A stretch of 64,000 nucleotides of DNA from Alphaproteobacteria bacterium (GCA_965248835.1 CBDFLJ010000001.1:2208001-2272000); one strand, 5' to 3'; counted from the first letter of the stretch, positions 39,826 to 50,907 are shown. The notes: generated by a model from the sequence alone, not told the origin. A program made the numbers and translations.

Positions 39826-41163
39826 TCAAATCACGGCAGCATCGGTGTCTTGATCTTGCCCGCCGCCGAGGATGGACGCGATATTGGACGTCACCCGCTC
39901 GGCCGCGGCCTTGACCGGGTCCGCGGCGAGGTGGGCGTAGCGCGCCGTCGTCTGGACCTGGGTGTGGCCGAGCAGCTTGCCGATCATCGGCAGGCTTTCG
40001 CCAAGAGCCACGGCGCCCGACGCGAAGCTGTGGCGGAGGTCGTGGATACGGACATCCACAAGACCGGCCCGCAATTCGAGATGCCGTTCTCGGGCCTCGG
40101 CGAGGCACTCATCGTAAGTCGGCTCCCGGCCGAGGTCGCGCTCGAGCCGCTCCACCAGGGCGGCCGCCTCGCTGCCCACGGCGCGGGCCCAGAGGCGGAC
40201 CGTCGCGCGCTTGCGCATTCGCTGCCAGGGCGGTTGCAGGTCGGTCCGGCGCGAGCGCGGAATGCGGCCGCAGATGACCCAGGGATTGCCGAGCTGGCGC
40301 GTGATGCCCGCGAGCACATCGAGGGCGGGTTGGCCGAGATGAACTACGCGCGCTCCGGTCTTGGTGTCGGACAGCCGCAGGCAGTGGCCGGCCTCATCGA
40401 CATCATCCCACCTCAGCGTCATGATCTCGTTGAGCCGGCAGCCGGTGAAGATCAGCAACCGGATGGCGGCGACGGCGTATTCGTCCGCGAGACCTTCCCG
40501 CTCGGCCCGCGCCAACGCTTCGCCCAGGGCGGCGAGTTCGGCCGGGCTCAGGTAGCGCTCGCGCTTCTCCTCGGGGTACTTCTTGATATGCCGGCGCGGG
40601 TTCGATCCGTCCGGCCGCAGACCCCACATCTCCGCAAGGTTGAACATCTTGGAGATGATCTCGAGGTTTCGGTTGGCCTGGTAGGGGAGGTGGCGGAGCC
40701 CGTGGTGGAAGCGGGCGATGTCGGCCCGGACCACGTCGGCCACCGTGAGCCGGCCCAGGGCCGGGAGGATGAAGCGGCGGAGGTTGCGGCGGTATTCCCG
40801 CGCCGTGCTTGGCTTGAGACGAACGGCGATGTGCTCCTCGTCGAACCGCTTGGCGAGGTCGGCGACGCTCAACGCACCGCGATCGACTCGCCTGTCGTGG
40901 GCCGGATCCTCACCACGCTCGACGGCCGCCAGGGCCTGGCGGGCCAACCGCCGTGCTTGCTCGGGCGTCAGGACGCCATGCCGGCCGAGCGTGAACTTAC
41001 GGGACTGCCGGCGCCCATTCCGGTACTGGATGACATAGGCCCTTACTCCGCTGGGCTTGACTCGAACGCCGAAGCCCGGAAGGTCCTTGTCCCACACCCA
41101 CAGGTCCGTTCCGGCCTCCGGGGTGAGGTCTTCGACGAGCCGCTTGGTGATCTTCGCCTTCAT
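39826..41163 (-). CDS. Phage-type integrase (arm-binding domain plus tyrosine recombinase)
   Basis: GFGVRV, TGCRLNEI, IHDLRH, LGH, RYAH; GGAGA RBS; next to att C. Confidence 0.94.
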   Translation of the reverse strand: MKAKITKRLVEDLTPEAGTDLWVWDKDLPGFGVRVKPSGVRAYVIQYRNGRRQSRKFTLGRHGVLTPEQARRLARQALAAVERGEDPAHDRRVDRGALSVADLAKRFDEEHIAVRLKPSTAREYRRNLRRFILPALGRLTVADVVRADIARFHHGLRHLPYQANRNLEIISKMFNLAEMWGLRPDGSNPRRHIKKYPEEKRERYLSPAELAALGEALARAEREGLADEYAVAAIRLLIFTGCRLNEIMTLRWDDVDEAGHCLRLSDTKTGARVVHLGQPALDVLAGITRQLGNPWVICGRIPRSRRTDLQPPWQRMRKRATVRLWARAVGSEAAALVERLERDLGREPTYDECLAEARERHLELRAGLVDVRIHDLRHSFASGAVALGESLPMIGKLLGHTQVQTTARYAHLAADPVKAAAERVTSNIASILGGGQDQDTDAAVI

Positions 41164-41340
41164 CGGTCTCCTCCGTTTGGCCTGCTCCCCGGGGGAGCAC
41201 TGGGGGAGCAGGAGGGCGCGTTTCGGCGCGCAAAAGGGTGAAGATCAGAGTAAGGCGTTCAAAGAAAAAATCAAGTAAGTCTTTGTTATTTCATACTATT
41301 TCGTATTTGTTCGTAGTAACGAGAAAGTACTGAGCCACGA

Positions 41341-41385
41341 CTCATAACCTGAAGGTCGTAGGTTCAAATCCTACCCCCGCAACCA
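41341..41385 (+). repeat. att site C: 3' half of tRNA-Met
   Basis: CTCATAACCTGAAGGTCGTAGGTTCAAATCCTACCCCCGCAACCA; differs from A by a compensatory T-stem pair. Confidence 0.9.
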
Positions 41386-41839
41386 AAACAAATACCTGAA
41401 AATGCTGATGTTTTCAGGGGTTTTCTTATCCTAGAACATGTTGGAAATATTCAACTGGGAATCTATTGGGAATCACGCGGAATCTGGAGGGTTCTGTGAG
41501 GTCGCGCAGCTCGAACGGCGGAGGATGGCGCGGGACGCGAGCTCATTGAAGCCGGATTGAACGAAGCCGCGGGATGGCGGGCGGGCTATGGGGATTGTGG
41601 CTGCGGCGCCTGGTCCGAGAGGCCGGAATGGACCGGTGGCATGTCTGACGGATCGGCCTCATCGAGTGGGTGGCGGCCGGGTCTGGGATGCCGGTCCGGA
41701 CGACGGGCTGCGGCTTCACTTCGGCGGCTACGATTGTGGCGTCGTGCGAGGCGGGCAGCGTCGCGGGATAGACCGGCTCGGTATCCGACGTGCAGGGTGC
41801 TGGGCATTTGTGGTCCGGTGCTGTCCGACGGGCGGAGTG

Positions 41840-42490
41840 TCATGAGCTGTCCTGCCAGAAGGATGGCCGGCATGGCTCCGGCCGGGGCAGGATGGTGAGG
41901 ATGATCATGGTTCCGTTGCAGCACGGGCAGCGGTCGGGCGGGTGAGCCGGGACGGTGTCCCTGGCCTGCTCGGCGGCCGGTTGCGGTGGCGGGGCGTCGA
42001 GCAGTTTGCGGCAAAGCGCGAGCTTCGCCGCGCGGTGTCCGTTGGCGAGGAAGCCGTAGTGGCGGATGCGATGGAAGCCGTCCGGCAGGGTGTGCAGTAG
42101 AAAGCGGCGGATGAACTCGTCTGCGTCCAGGGTCATGACCTTCGTCTTGCCATGGTGGCGATAGTCCTTCCAGCGGAAGGCGACCTCGTCATCGGTTACG
42201 CCGACCAACCGGGAGTTGGCGATCGCGACCCGATGGGTGTAGCGGCCGAGATAGGCGAAGACCTGCTCGGGGCCGCCGAAGGGCGGCTTGGCGTATACGA
42301 CCCATTCGAGGCGACGCAACTCGCGGAGGCGGCTAATGAAGGCCTCAGGATCCGCGAGCCCGGCGAGCGCGCCAAAGAAGCCCAGACCGCCGGCCTCGAA
42401 GGCGGCGTGCAGTGCGTCGAGGAACAGGCGGCGGAAGAGGCGCGAGAGCACGCGGACCGGCAGGAAGAACCCCGGCCGGCACGGCACCCA
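41840..42490 (-). pseudogene. IS91-family (Y2) transposase C-terminal fragment
   Basis: FFLPVRVLS, YLGRYTHR, FIRRFLLH.LP.GF.RIRHYG. Confidence 0.85.
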
Positions 42491-42810
42491 GCATCCGGCG
42501 ACGCACTCCGGCTCTCCGGTCTCTGACAAGCGGCTTGGATCATCTTTTGCTGCGCCAAAGCTGGCCGGGTCGTAGTGCATGATCTCGAGTGCGCGTCTAG
42601 CGACCTGCATCAAGCCATCATTCCAACCCACAAGTTGCGCCAAGGCGCCCGCGCCCCCCTCCGCGGATTCATAGAACAGAAGCGCGTTGCGTTCGTCGAA
42701 GCTGGGTGCCGGCTCGACGAGGATCTCGCCTTCTTCCAGTTGGAAAACGGCTTCCATGCCGCGTGCCAGCGCATGCTGAATTGTGGTGAGCGTTCCCCTG
42801 CTGTCCGAGC
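42491..42810 (-). pseudogene. DUF1998-like helicase C-terminal fragment
   Basis: HAL.RG...FQL, FYESAEGGAG, CVAGC. Confidence 0.7.
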
Positions 42811-44469
42811 CGAGCTCCACGAGCCAAAGTCGAGGGAAACGAAGACCGCCCGCACCGCGGCGGCGACCGACGCGACGTCGATGGTCGAGCGGTTCTCGCG
42901 CGATCTCAGCACCGGAACGGCCCATATGCGGGGCGTGACCGAAAGCGAGAGCAACCAGGCGCAGGCGTTGGTGTCTCATTACGACAAGCTCTCGGAGATG
43001 AGTGACCTCAGCAAGGAGCAGGTGGCGGCCCTGACGGCCGACGCAGGCGTCTCGGGAGGGCTCGGGAAAGTTGTCGGAATCAACGCGGGCGGCGGTGTGC
43101 AATGGCGCGGCCAGACCATCGAGCGCGATACGTGGCAGAAGATGCAGGACTATGCCGAGCAGCATCAGGTGCTCGATCTGTGGTCGAGCGTCTCCGAGGC
43201 GTCAAGGCGCTACAGCACCGCGACCGGCGAGAGCGACATGGCGAGCCTCGAGGAGAGCTACGGCGCCAATCTGAGCCGTATGCGCCAGCACCGCGAGCAG
43301 GCGTCGATGAGCTACCAGTCGGCGGAGACCTGGAGCGAGCAGGCGGCGCGTGTGCGCACCGACGCCCAGGCCATCGACCGCGAGCTCGGCCAGCCCTTCT
43401 TCGCCTGGCTGTCGCAGCGGGAGGGAACGGACGGCAGGCCGATCGGCGTCGGCGGCGCCATGCGGCTCGCCTCACCATGTGGCTCTCGGTGATGCTGGTG
43501 GTGGCGGTGCCGGCCTGGAACCTGTGGCGGACGACGGATGGCGCGCAGTGGTACGCCGTCGGGGTTCTCACCATGGCCGAGGCCAAGCTCGCCATCGGCT
43601 ACAAGGCCGATGCGCGCCAGGACGTGCGCCTCGGAGACGGGCGAACTTCGGCGCTCACCCTCTACGAGATCGTGAGCTCGCGGCGGGCGATCGAGGCCCG
43701 CGAGGCGATCCTCGATGAAATCCTCTCGAGCGCCTTCCTCGGCGCCAAGATCGGCGCCGGCCTCATCGTCGCGTTCTTCGTCTGGTTCTGGCTCCGCGGC
43801 AAACGTCTCAAGGCGCGGCGCCGGATCCGCGGCGCCGAGCTGGTCTCGGCCAAGGATCTGAGAAAACGCATCCTGCCGCTCAGATCCCGGGCGCTGCAGG
43901 CGTTCGTGGTCTCTATCGAGCGGCCCTACTGCATCGCCGGTATCCCCTATCCCGAACGGACCGAAACCCAGCACACCATCGTCTCGGGCACGACGGGATC
44001 CGGCAAGACCGTGCTGATCGCCGATCTCGTCTCGCAGACGCGCATGGAGGACGGGCGGGTGCTCGACATGCGCCAGGGCGATCCCCAGCTACGTCACATC
44101 GACCATGCCTGGGCCGCGACCGTGCATGCGTTCCAGGGCCGGACCGTCGACACGGTGATCGCCGCGATGGAAGCGAACCATCCCCACTTGACGACGCAGA
44201 AGAGTTTCTATGTCGAGATCAGCCGGGCGCGGAACAGCGCGGAGCTGGTGACCGACAGCCGGGAGGGCCTGCGCGAGCATCTGGAGACGGCGACGGGCGA
44301 GCGGGTTGCGGCGCTCGAGGCGGTCGAAGCTCGAAGTGTTTCGATAGAACGCTCGGGGAAGGAAACGGAACGGGAGTTGGATCGAGAAGCACCAGGCACT
44401 TCGCGAGACCAAGCGACGCCGGAACCGGAGAAGGCGAAGATCCGCGACGCTCCGGAGCTGGGATTGTAG
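42811..44469 (+). pseudogene. Fused remnants of F-type conjugation genes (TraG-like, TraD coupling protein, TraI relaxase-helicase C-terminus)
   Basis: TraD: RGAELV, HTIVSGTTGSGKT; TraI: DHAWAATVHAFQGRT, YVEISRAR; the TraG-like part is less certain. Confidence 0.7.
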
Positions 44470-44661
44470 GGTAGAACCTCATGGACTCGCAGCGAATCGC
44501 TGGTCCGTACGCAGGATGGCGAGGAATTCGAGTGCGCCGACCGGGCAATGCTTGCAGCCGCGGTCATGCTGCTCTAAATTAACGCCAGATACCCGCCGGC
44601 AGCGTGCTGTCGGCTCAGGGGCTGCTCTTCGGAGCGGCCCTTGCTTTTTCTGGGAGCGCGA

Positions 44662-45426
44662 ATGCGAACCAGAGTCTATGTCGATGGCTTCAATCTCTAC
44701 TATGGAGCCGTCAAAGGCACACCGTTCAAGTGGCTCGATCCGGTCAAGCTGGCTTACCGTGTCCTGCCGCCGGGACACAGGATCGACCGGCTGCACTACT
44801 TCACGGCCCGGGTCTCCGGCGTCGTAGACCCGGGCTCGCCTGCGCGTCAGCAAGCCTATCTGAGCGCGCTGGGCACCTTGCCCGAAGTCGAGGTGCATTT
44901 CGGGAGCTTTTTGGCGAAAACGATCTGGCGACCGCTGACGAACCTGCCGGTCGCGGACAGGGAAATCGGCGCTCCCACACCGGTGACCTTGCCGGCCGGC
45001 GTGCACCGGGTGGCCGGTTCGCAGAGACTGCCAGTTGGAAGCTATCCGCAGCAGGGCAGCGGCAGGAAGAAGCGGCGGCGGCGGGAAGGACCGTTACGCG
45101 ATGCGGTGGTCGCGGAGGTGCATGGCATGGAGGAGAAGGGTTCGGATGTGAACCTCGCCGCCAATCTCCTGAACGATGCCTGGAAGGGACTGTTCGACGT
45201 CGCCGCGGTGATTTCGAACGATACGGACCTGGTCACGGCGATCCGCATGGTGACCGTTGAGCGCGGGAAGCCGGTGATAGTCGTCTGCCCGGGGCGATGG
45301 CAGGTCGCGCCGAAGCTGAAGAATGTCGCCACGCGTGTCCGGCATATCCGCTTGCCCATGTTGAAGGCCGCGCAGTTTCCGGACCAGATTCCAGGAACGA
45401 CGATCTCGAAGCCTGCTTCGTGGTGA
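44662..45426 (+). CDS. NYN (PIN-like) domain ribonuclease
   Basis: VYVDGFNLYY, EEKGSDVNLA, ISNDTDL. Confidence 0.9.
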   Translation: MRTRVYVDGFNLYYGAVKGTPFKWLDPVKLAYRVLPPGHRIDRLHYFTARVSGVVDPGSPARQQAYLSALGTLPEVEVHFGSFLAKTIWRPLTNLPVADREIGAPTPVTLPAGVHRVAGSQRLPVGSYPQQGSGRKKRRRREGPLRDAVVAEVHGMEEKGSDVNLAANLLNDAWKGLFDVAAVISNDTDLVTAIRMVTVERGKPVIVVCPGRWQVAPKLKNVATRVRHIRLPMLKAAQFPDQIPGTTISKPASW

Positions 45427-45617
45427 GTCGGCAATACAGAGACACCCGAACGGAGTTTCAGGAGCGTTCCCGAGCCTGAAGCGCACGTTTGTAAAGGCGT
45501 GGAATTACGGCGGCAGAAGTTCATTCCAGAACGGAGACCGAGAATTGTCGTCTCCCGACCGCTGACTGTGAGTCGAGTCGTGAGCAGCACAGTAGATTTC
45601 GCATGGGGCGTGAAAAG

Positions 45618-46979
45618 ATGGACGAAGACCTCAAGGACTTGATTGAAAATCCCCGGGAGACTCTGGCGATCGAATTGAAGTCATGGATCGATCTTGATGA
45701 CCAAATCCAGCGAGCCAAAGTCGCACGTCACTTGGGGGCGTTGGCCAACCACGGTGGCGGGTATCTGATCTTCGGATTCAAAGATGATCTCAGTCGCGAC
45801 GAGAATCTCCCTGACTCACTCGAAAAATACAATCGGGACAAATTCACGGCGATCGTAAAGCGATACTTGACTCCTACTTTCCAGTGCGAGGTCGTGGTCG
45901 TTCCAGACAGTGGCGGCAATAGGTTTCCGGTGGTCAGGGTGCCTGGTCACGGGGCCGCGCCCATTGCCGTGAGGCGCGACGGACCTCAGGACGCGAAAGG
46001 AAAACCACAGGCTATCGCGAAGGGAACCTACTACATTCGCAAACCTGGCCCGGAGAGCGCACCGATCATCGGTGCCGCCGAATGGAGTCCGTTGATCAGT
46101 CGATGTGTCCGCAATGATCGCGACCAGTTGCTCAGCGACATAGCCGGTCTTGTGCAGACACCGGGCACGCCAGCGCCGGGTGCGAGGCAGCGATTGGAGC
46201 AGTGGCACAAAGCGAACGAGACACGTTTTCTCGAGTTGTTGTCCGAGGCCGAACAACTTCACTGGCCCGTGTCGATCACGGAGAACCGTTGTCAGTTGAG
46301 CTACCTGATCTCCGTTGAGGGAAGTGAGCAGTTACCGATGGACTCGCTCGTCAAGATCCTGGAGGAGGTGAACAACGAGGTTCGGGATACGGTGTGGACG
46401 GGTTGGAGCATGTTCTACCCGTTTAGTGGGCCAAACATCGAGCCGGTGGTGTTTCCCGAACGGGCCGATGGAACGGGCGGGAATCTTCTGGAGACCAATC
46501 TCATGGGCGATGGAGACTTCGACAGCTCCCTGCCGGACTATTGGCGCGTCGCGCCCGATGGTCGCGCCAGCTTGGTTCGCGCCTACAGAGAGGATCGAGA
46601 GCGAAGCGTTCGTGACTTGGAGCGGAAGGCCGGCACTTGGCTCGATCCCGAAACGGTAGTGCGGGAGACAACGGAGCTCGTCGCCCATGCGAATGGGTTG
46701 GCAAGACGAATGGAAGGGGCAACGCGGGTCGGGTTCCGTTGCACGTGGATGGGCCTTAAAGGCCGGGAACTGGCCGGATTCAACTCCCCTTGGCGCCGGG
46801 GCCGCATTGCGCGCGCCACCCGACGTACAACCGAAGGAGAATGGGGCGTGACGCAGTTGCGAGCGGCTCGCTCAACTATCGTCGCGGAATTGAGTTGCCC
46901 GATATTGGAGCTCTTCGGCTTCAGCGATTGCGACTCTGCGTTTGTCGAGAGAATGGCAGATAGGTTCGTCAAGCTGTAA
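45618..46979 (+). CDS. AlbA_2/Schlafen-like domain protein
   Basis: ETLAIELKSW, ALANHGGGYLIFG, YYIRKPGPES. Confidence 0.82.
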   Translation: MDEDLKDLIENPRETLAIELKSWIDLDDQIQRAKVARHLGALANHGGGYLIFGFKDDLSRDENLPDSLEKYNRDKFTAIVKRYLTPTFQCEVVVVPDSGGNRFPVVRVPGHGAAPIAVRRDGPQDAKGKPQAIAKGTYYIRKPGPESAPIIGAAEWSPLISRCVRNDRDQLLSDIAGLVQTPGTPAPGARQRLEQWHKANETRFLELLSEAEQLHWPVSITENRCQLSYLISVEGSEQLPMDSLVKILEEVNNEVRDTVWTGWSMFYPFSGPNIEPVVFPERADGTGGNLLETNLMGDGDFDSSLPDYWRVAPDGRASLVRAYREDRERSVRDLERKAGTWLDPETVVRETTELVAHANGLARRMEGATRVGFRCTWMGLKGRELAGFNSPWRRGRIARATRRTTEGEWGVTQLRAARSTIVAELSCPILELFGFSDCDSAFVERMADRFVKL

Positions 46980-47307
46980 GCAACGGCTATCGAGTATGTG
47001 GCGGGCTGTCTGCTTCGAACAGGTTGGGAGTTCAAAGCCGATGGTCTTGGTTGACTCTGTTGATTTGTCGATAGTTTGCACTTTGGTCGAGTAGGTCAGG
47101 ACGGAGAGACATCGCGCCATCTCCAATAGAGTCCTACGATTCTTCTGGCAATTCCGGCGCGATTTTCGACACATCCATACGAATTTCCTCGATCTCCTTT
47201 TCGCGGCCGGCGGCGATCATGTCCCGAGCGATGGCCTGTGCGGTGAAGATACAGGACCGCAGCATGTGAATTTCGAGATCGGTCCGTGGCCAGTCCTGGC
47301 GGCTGGC

Positions 47308-47501
47308 CATGCGTGAAGACGACAGGACCGGTGTGTCCGAGACACGGCCCGACCGGCAATATCGAATGCCACCATGTCCCATTCACTCTCAATTTCTTGT
47401 TGTCGGGCATGATCTTGGTGGCAGAACCCATCGGACTTGCCCTTTGAGCGATTTCGAGCCACGCTCAACTTGGCTGAAGGGTGCCACATGGGAAATCCCG
47501 G
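47308..47501 (+). mobile_element. Solo IS1380 right end, 194-bp duplicate of 52783-52976
   Basis: Same sequence, ending ATGGGAAATCCCGG. Confidence 0.8.
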
Positions 47502-47647
47502 GTTAGTCAAGGATTGGGGCCGCCGCATTTTGCCGCCAATAAAGCTATCGTTGGTCGAATAACATGCACACAGTGAGTGAATCATCACAAATCCTAAACA
47601 TCGACGACAAGGATATCGGTATTTCTGAGGAAAAATATGCATATCTA

Positions 47648-48218
47648 GTGCACTGATTCATTGAGAAGGTTCAGGGAGGCGCCTGGTTTTTGCGAGGATG
47701 TTGTCGGCGGATTTGGTCCAGACGAAGGGGTTGGGGTCATTGTTGTGCTCCTTGAGGTAGCGGTTTATGGCGGCCTGCAGGTCGGCGACGGAGCGGAACA
47801 CGTCGCGCCGCAGGCGGCGGCGTGTCAGCGCCGAGAACAAGGTCTCCACGGCGTTGAGCCAGGAGCCGGAGGTCGGCGTGAAGTGGAACACCCAGCGGGG
47901 ATGCCGGGTGAGCCAGCGCATGACCTCGGGCGTCTTGTGAGTTGCGACGTTGTCGAGCACGACGTGGATGCGCTTGCCGGCCGGAACCTCGCGCTCGATG
48001 GCGCCCAGGAAGCGGAGGAACTCTTGGTGCCGGTGGCGCTGCATGCAGCGGCCGAACACCGTGCCGTCGAGCACGTTGTGCGGGCGGCTTCGATCGCCGG
48101 AGATCGCGGCAAGCCGCACGCGGTCCTCGGCACTCACCAGAACGCAAACATCTTGAGCCATCCACCGAGATTCGCACAGCCCACCCCTCCTCTGAATCCC
48201 TTCAATGGCTCATTGCAC
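47648..48218 (-). mobile_element. Internally deleted IS630 element with both ends
   Basis: TA-GTGCA...TGCAC-TA ends; transposase N-terminus fused to DN...SWLNAVE. Confidence 0.85.
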
Positions 48219-48220
48219 TA

Positions 48221-49357
48221 GTGGATGGAATCTAACGCTTGATGCCCGCGTTTGACGGCGGAGATGATTTTGTCCGGGTCCGCGGTCCAGCGAAATGGCT
48301 TGGCCTCGCTGGCGTTATGCTCGGCGACGAAACGGTTGATGGCGGCTTGAAGGTCAACGACGGAGTGGAAGACGCCGCGTTTGAGCCGGCGCTTGGCGAG
48401 TTTTGCGAAGAAGCCTTCCACGGCGTTGAGCCAGGAACAGGAAGTCGGTGTGAAGTGAAAGGTCCAGCGCGGATGACGGTCGAGCCAGCGTCGGACCTTG
48501 GGGTGCTTGTGGACGGCGTAGTTGTCGAGAATGGCATGGATGACCGTGCCGGCGGGCGTTCCGGCCTCGACCGTGTTGAGGAAGCGGATGAATTCTTGAT
48601 GGCGATGACGCTGCATGTTGCGGCCGATGACCGTGCCGTCGAGGACGTTCAGGGCGGCGAACAGCGTGGTCGTGCCATGCCGCTTGTAATCGTGGGTCAT
48701 CGTTCCGGCGCGGCCCTTCTTTAGCGGCAGGCCGGGCTGCGTGCGATCGAGGGCCTGGATCTGGCTCTTTTCGTCGACACTGAGCACGATGGCATGGGCG
48801 GGCGGGTCGACATAGAGCCCGACAACGTCGCGCAGCTTGTCGGCGAAGTTGGCGTCTTTGGAGAGCTTGAACTGGCGCACCCGATGAGGCTGGAGCCCGT
48901 GGGCGCGCCAAATGCGTTGCACGGAAGAGACGGAAACGCCGAGCTTCCCGGCCATCATGGCGGCCGTCCAGTGGGTCGCCTCGGCGGGCGGATCGGTCAG
49001 GGTCAGATCGACGATGCGCAAGGCGACACCGGGTTCGAGCGGCGGAATACGCGAAGGCCGGGTCTTGTCCCGCAGCAGGCCATCGACGCCCTCGGCCATG
49101 AACCGTTCCTGCCACCGCCAGACGCAAGGCTTCGACTTCCCGGTCCGGCGCATGATCTCGACCGTCCCCGCGCCGGCAGCCGTGGCCAAAATGATCCCGG
49201 CCCGCCAGACATGCTTCTGCGGGCTGTTCCTGTCCGCCACGACCGCTTCCAGACGAGCACGGTCGGCGACGCAAACCTCGAAGGTAATCCCTGTGCGCAT
49301 GCCCGCAGACTCGCACATACGCTCGGACAAGGGAATCGTCTGTTAGATTTTATCCAC
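48221..49357 (-). mobile_element. Intact IS630-family element
   Basis: IRs GTGGATGGAATCTAAC / GTTAGATTTTATCCAC flanked by TA; SVDEKS, LDNY, SWLNAVE. Confidence 0.93.
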
Positions 49358-49881
49358 TAGGCCTAATTAAGAAATGGCATCCGGATCGTTATCAATTGCC
49401 AGAGGACATCCTCAAAGCAAACAAACGGTCTCAAGAGATAAACGAGGCCTATGAAATCCTGACTGAGCATATTGAAAAATATGGGTCTGTTCAAATTTAC
49501 GCAAGACAGACCAGATATACTTCTCCGGAAAGAACAGCGTCGCCTAGTCATTCATATGCGAATCGCAAATTTACGCTTGGCTTTCCAGACGAAACAGTCT
49601 TTGAGGTATTTGTGAAATCATCATACATTGTGTCTGCAGGATTCAATCCCCATAGCAGGAAGATATTTATCAAGTTTCATGGGGGAGTCTATGAATACTC
49701 CGAAGTACCGGAACATGTTTGGGATGGGTTCATGATGGCGGAATCTCATGGAAAATATGCCCACAGGTTCATTTATCGGATTTTCTCATATCGCAGATGC
49801 ACAGAACCCAACAAACCCTACAATCCCAACGCTACTGTTGTTAGAAACAGTAAGACTAGGCTCCTTAGCTGACCTGCTTCC

Positions 49882-50499
49882 GAGCTATAGCTGAATCTTG
49901 GTGACGGAGTAATGTGAGGGCGGCGTATCCTGGCGATTGTCAAAGTCGCCGATATCCAAGAAGGAAGGATACGCCATGTACGAAGATACGGTTGTTTTGT
50001 TTTCGCGTCCAGACCGGGTTTTGATCGAAGATCCCCTGACGCAGGTACTGCGGTCGGGCGCGCGCCAGCTGCTGGCCGAAACGGTCGAGGCCGAGGTCGA
50101 AGCCTTCGTTGCCGCGCACGCCGATCTTTCAGACGAGAATGGGCGTCGTCGCGTGGTACGTCACGGTTACCAGCCCGAACGCGAGGTTCAGACCGGGATC
50201 GGCGCGGTGGCGGTGCGCCGGCCACGGGTTCGTGACCGTCACCCGGAAGCCGGCGGGCGCATCCGCTTCACACCTGCGATCCTGCCACCCTATTTGCGGC
50301 GCGCCAAGTTGGTCGAGAAACTGCTGCCGTGGCTGTATCTGAAGGGCATTTCGACCGGCGACTTCGGTGAGGCCCTGGCAGCCTTGCTGGGACCGGATGC
50401 ACTGGGCTTGTCGGCAACCACCATCGCACGGCTGAAGGCGGCTTGGGCTGAGGAGTATGAGCGTTGGCTGCGGCGCGATCTCTCGACCAAGCGCTCTGT
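49882..50499 (+). mobile_element. IS256-family 5' fragment
   Basis: EDPLT.VLRSGARQLL, VVRHGY.PER, LYLKGISTGDF. Confidence 0.85.
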
Positions 50500-50853
50500 T
50501 GTCAACGGCGGAGTAAAAAGGGGCCATTGGGAGTTTGAGGCTTGTCCCCGCAGTCCATGGGAGGGACCCGCGCGCGACGCGGCGTGCCTATCGCCGGGCT
50601 GACGCGGCGGCACCGAGAACCCCAGTATCTTGCCCACCGTCTTGCGGTCGATCCCGAAAACCCGCGCCGCCTCACGATTGCTCATCCCGTCGACATGGCA
50701 CGCCCGTCGAACCCGCGCATATAAATCCACTGAATACATCCCCCCTGCCTTCATCAGTTCAATCCTGACGAAGGCTAATACGCGGCTCCTTTTTGGACCG
50801 CCGCAGACCGAAACAGGCCGCCTCACTGGGGGATAATTGCGCCGCCCTTCTCA
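50500..50853 (-). mobile_element. Miniature IS21 derivative (both ends plus the istA start)
   Basis: TGTCAACGGCGGAGTAAAA and TGAGAAGGGCGGCGCAAT ends; MYSVDLYARVRRA...GIDRKTV. Confidence 0.7.
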
Positions 50854-50907
50854 GAAGCAGGCAAAGTGGAGAACTGTGTTTTCGATGTACGGCGGGACCT
50901 TGATCGC

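Larger units (their letters stand above)
8112..41385. mobile_element. ~33 kb integrated degenerate prophage / island bounded by tRNA-Met half direct repeats
   Basis: Direct att repeats A and C, GGGGGAGCA repeats inside both ends, integrase next to C, phage tail and lysis genes within. Confidence 0.8.
47564..49872 (+). pseudogene. J-domain plus KTSC-domain protein interrupted by two IS630 elements
   Basis: Rejoining at TA gives in-frame AYL-GLIKKWHPD...INEAYEIL; C-terminal KSSYIVSAGFN...FHGGVYEY..VP...SHGKY. Confidence 0.82.

Noticed and set aside
41840-43165. Novel 441-aa helicase-transposase fusion protein
   Set aside because: The N-terminus is antisense to the TraG-like remnant and both domains are partial; best read as a deletion chimera
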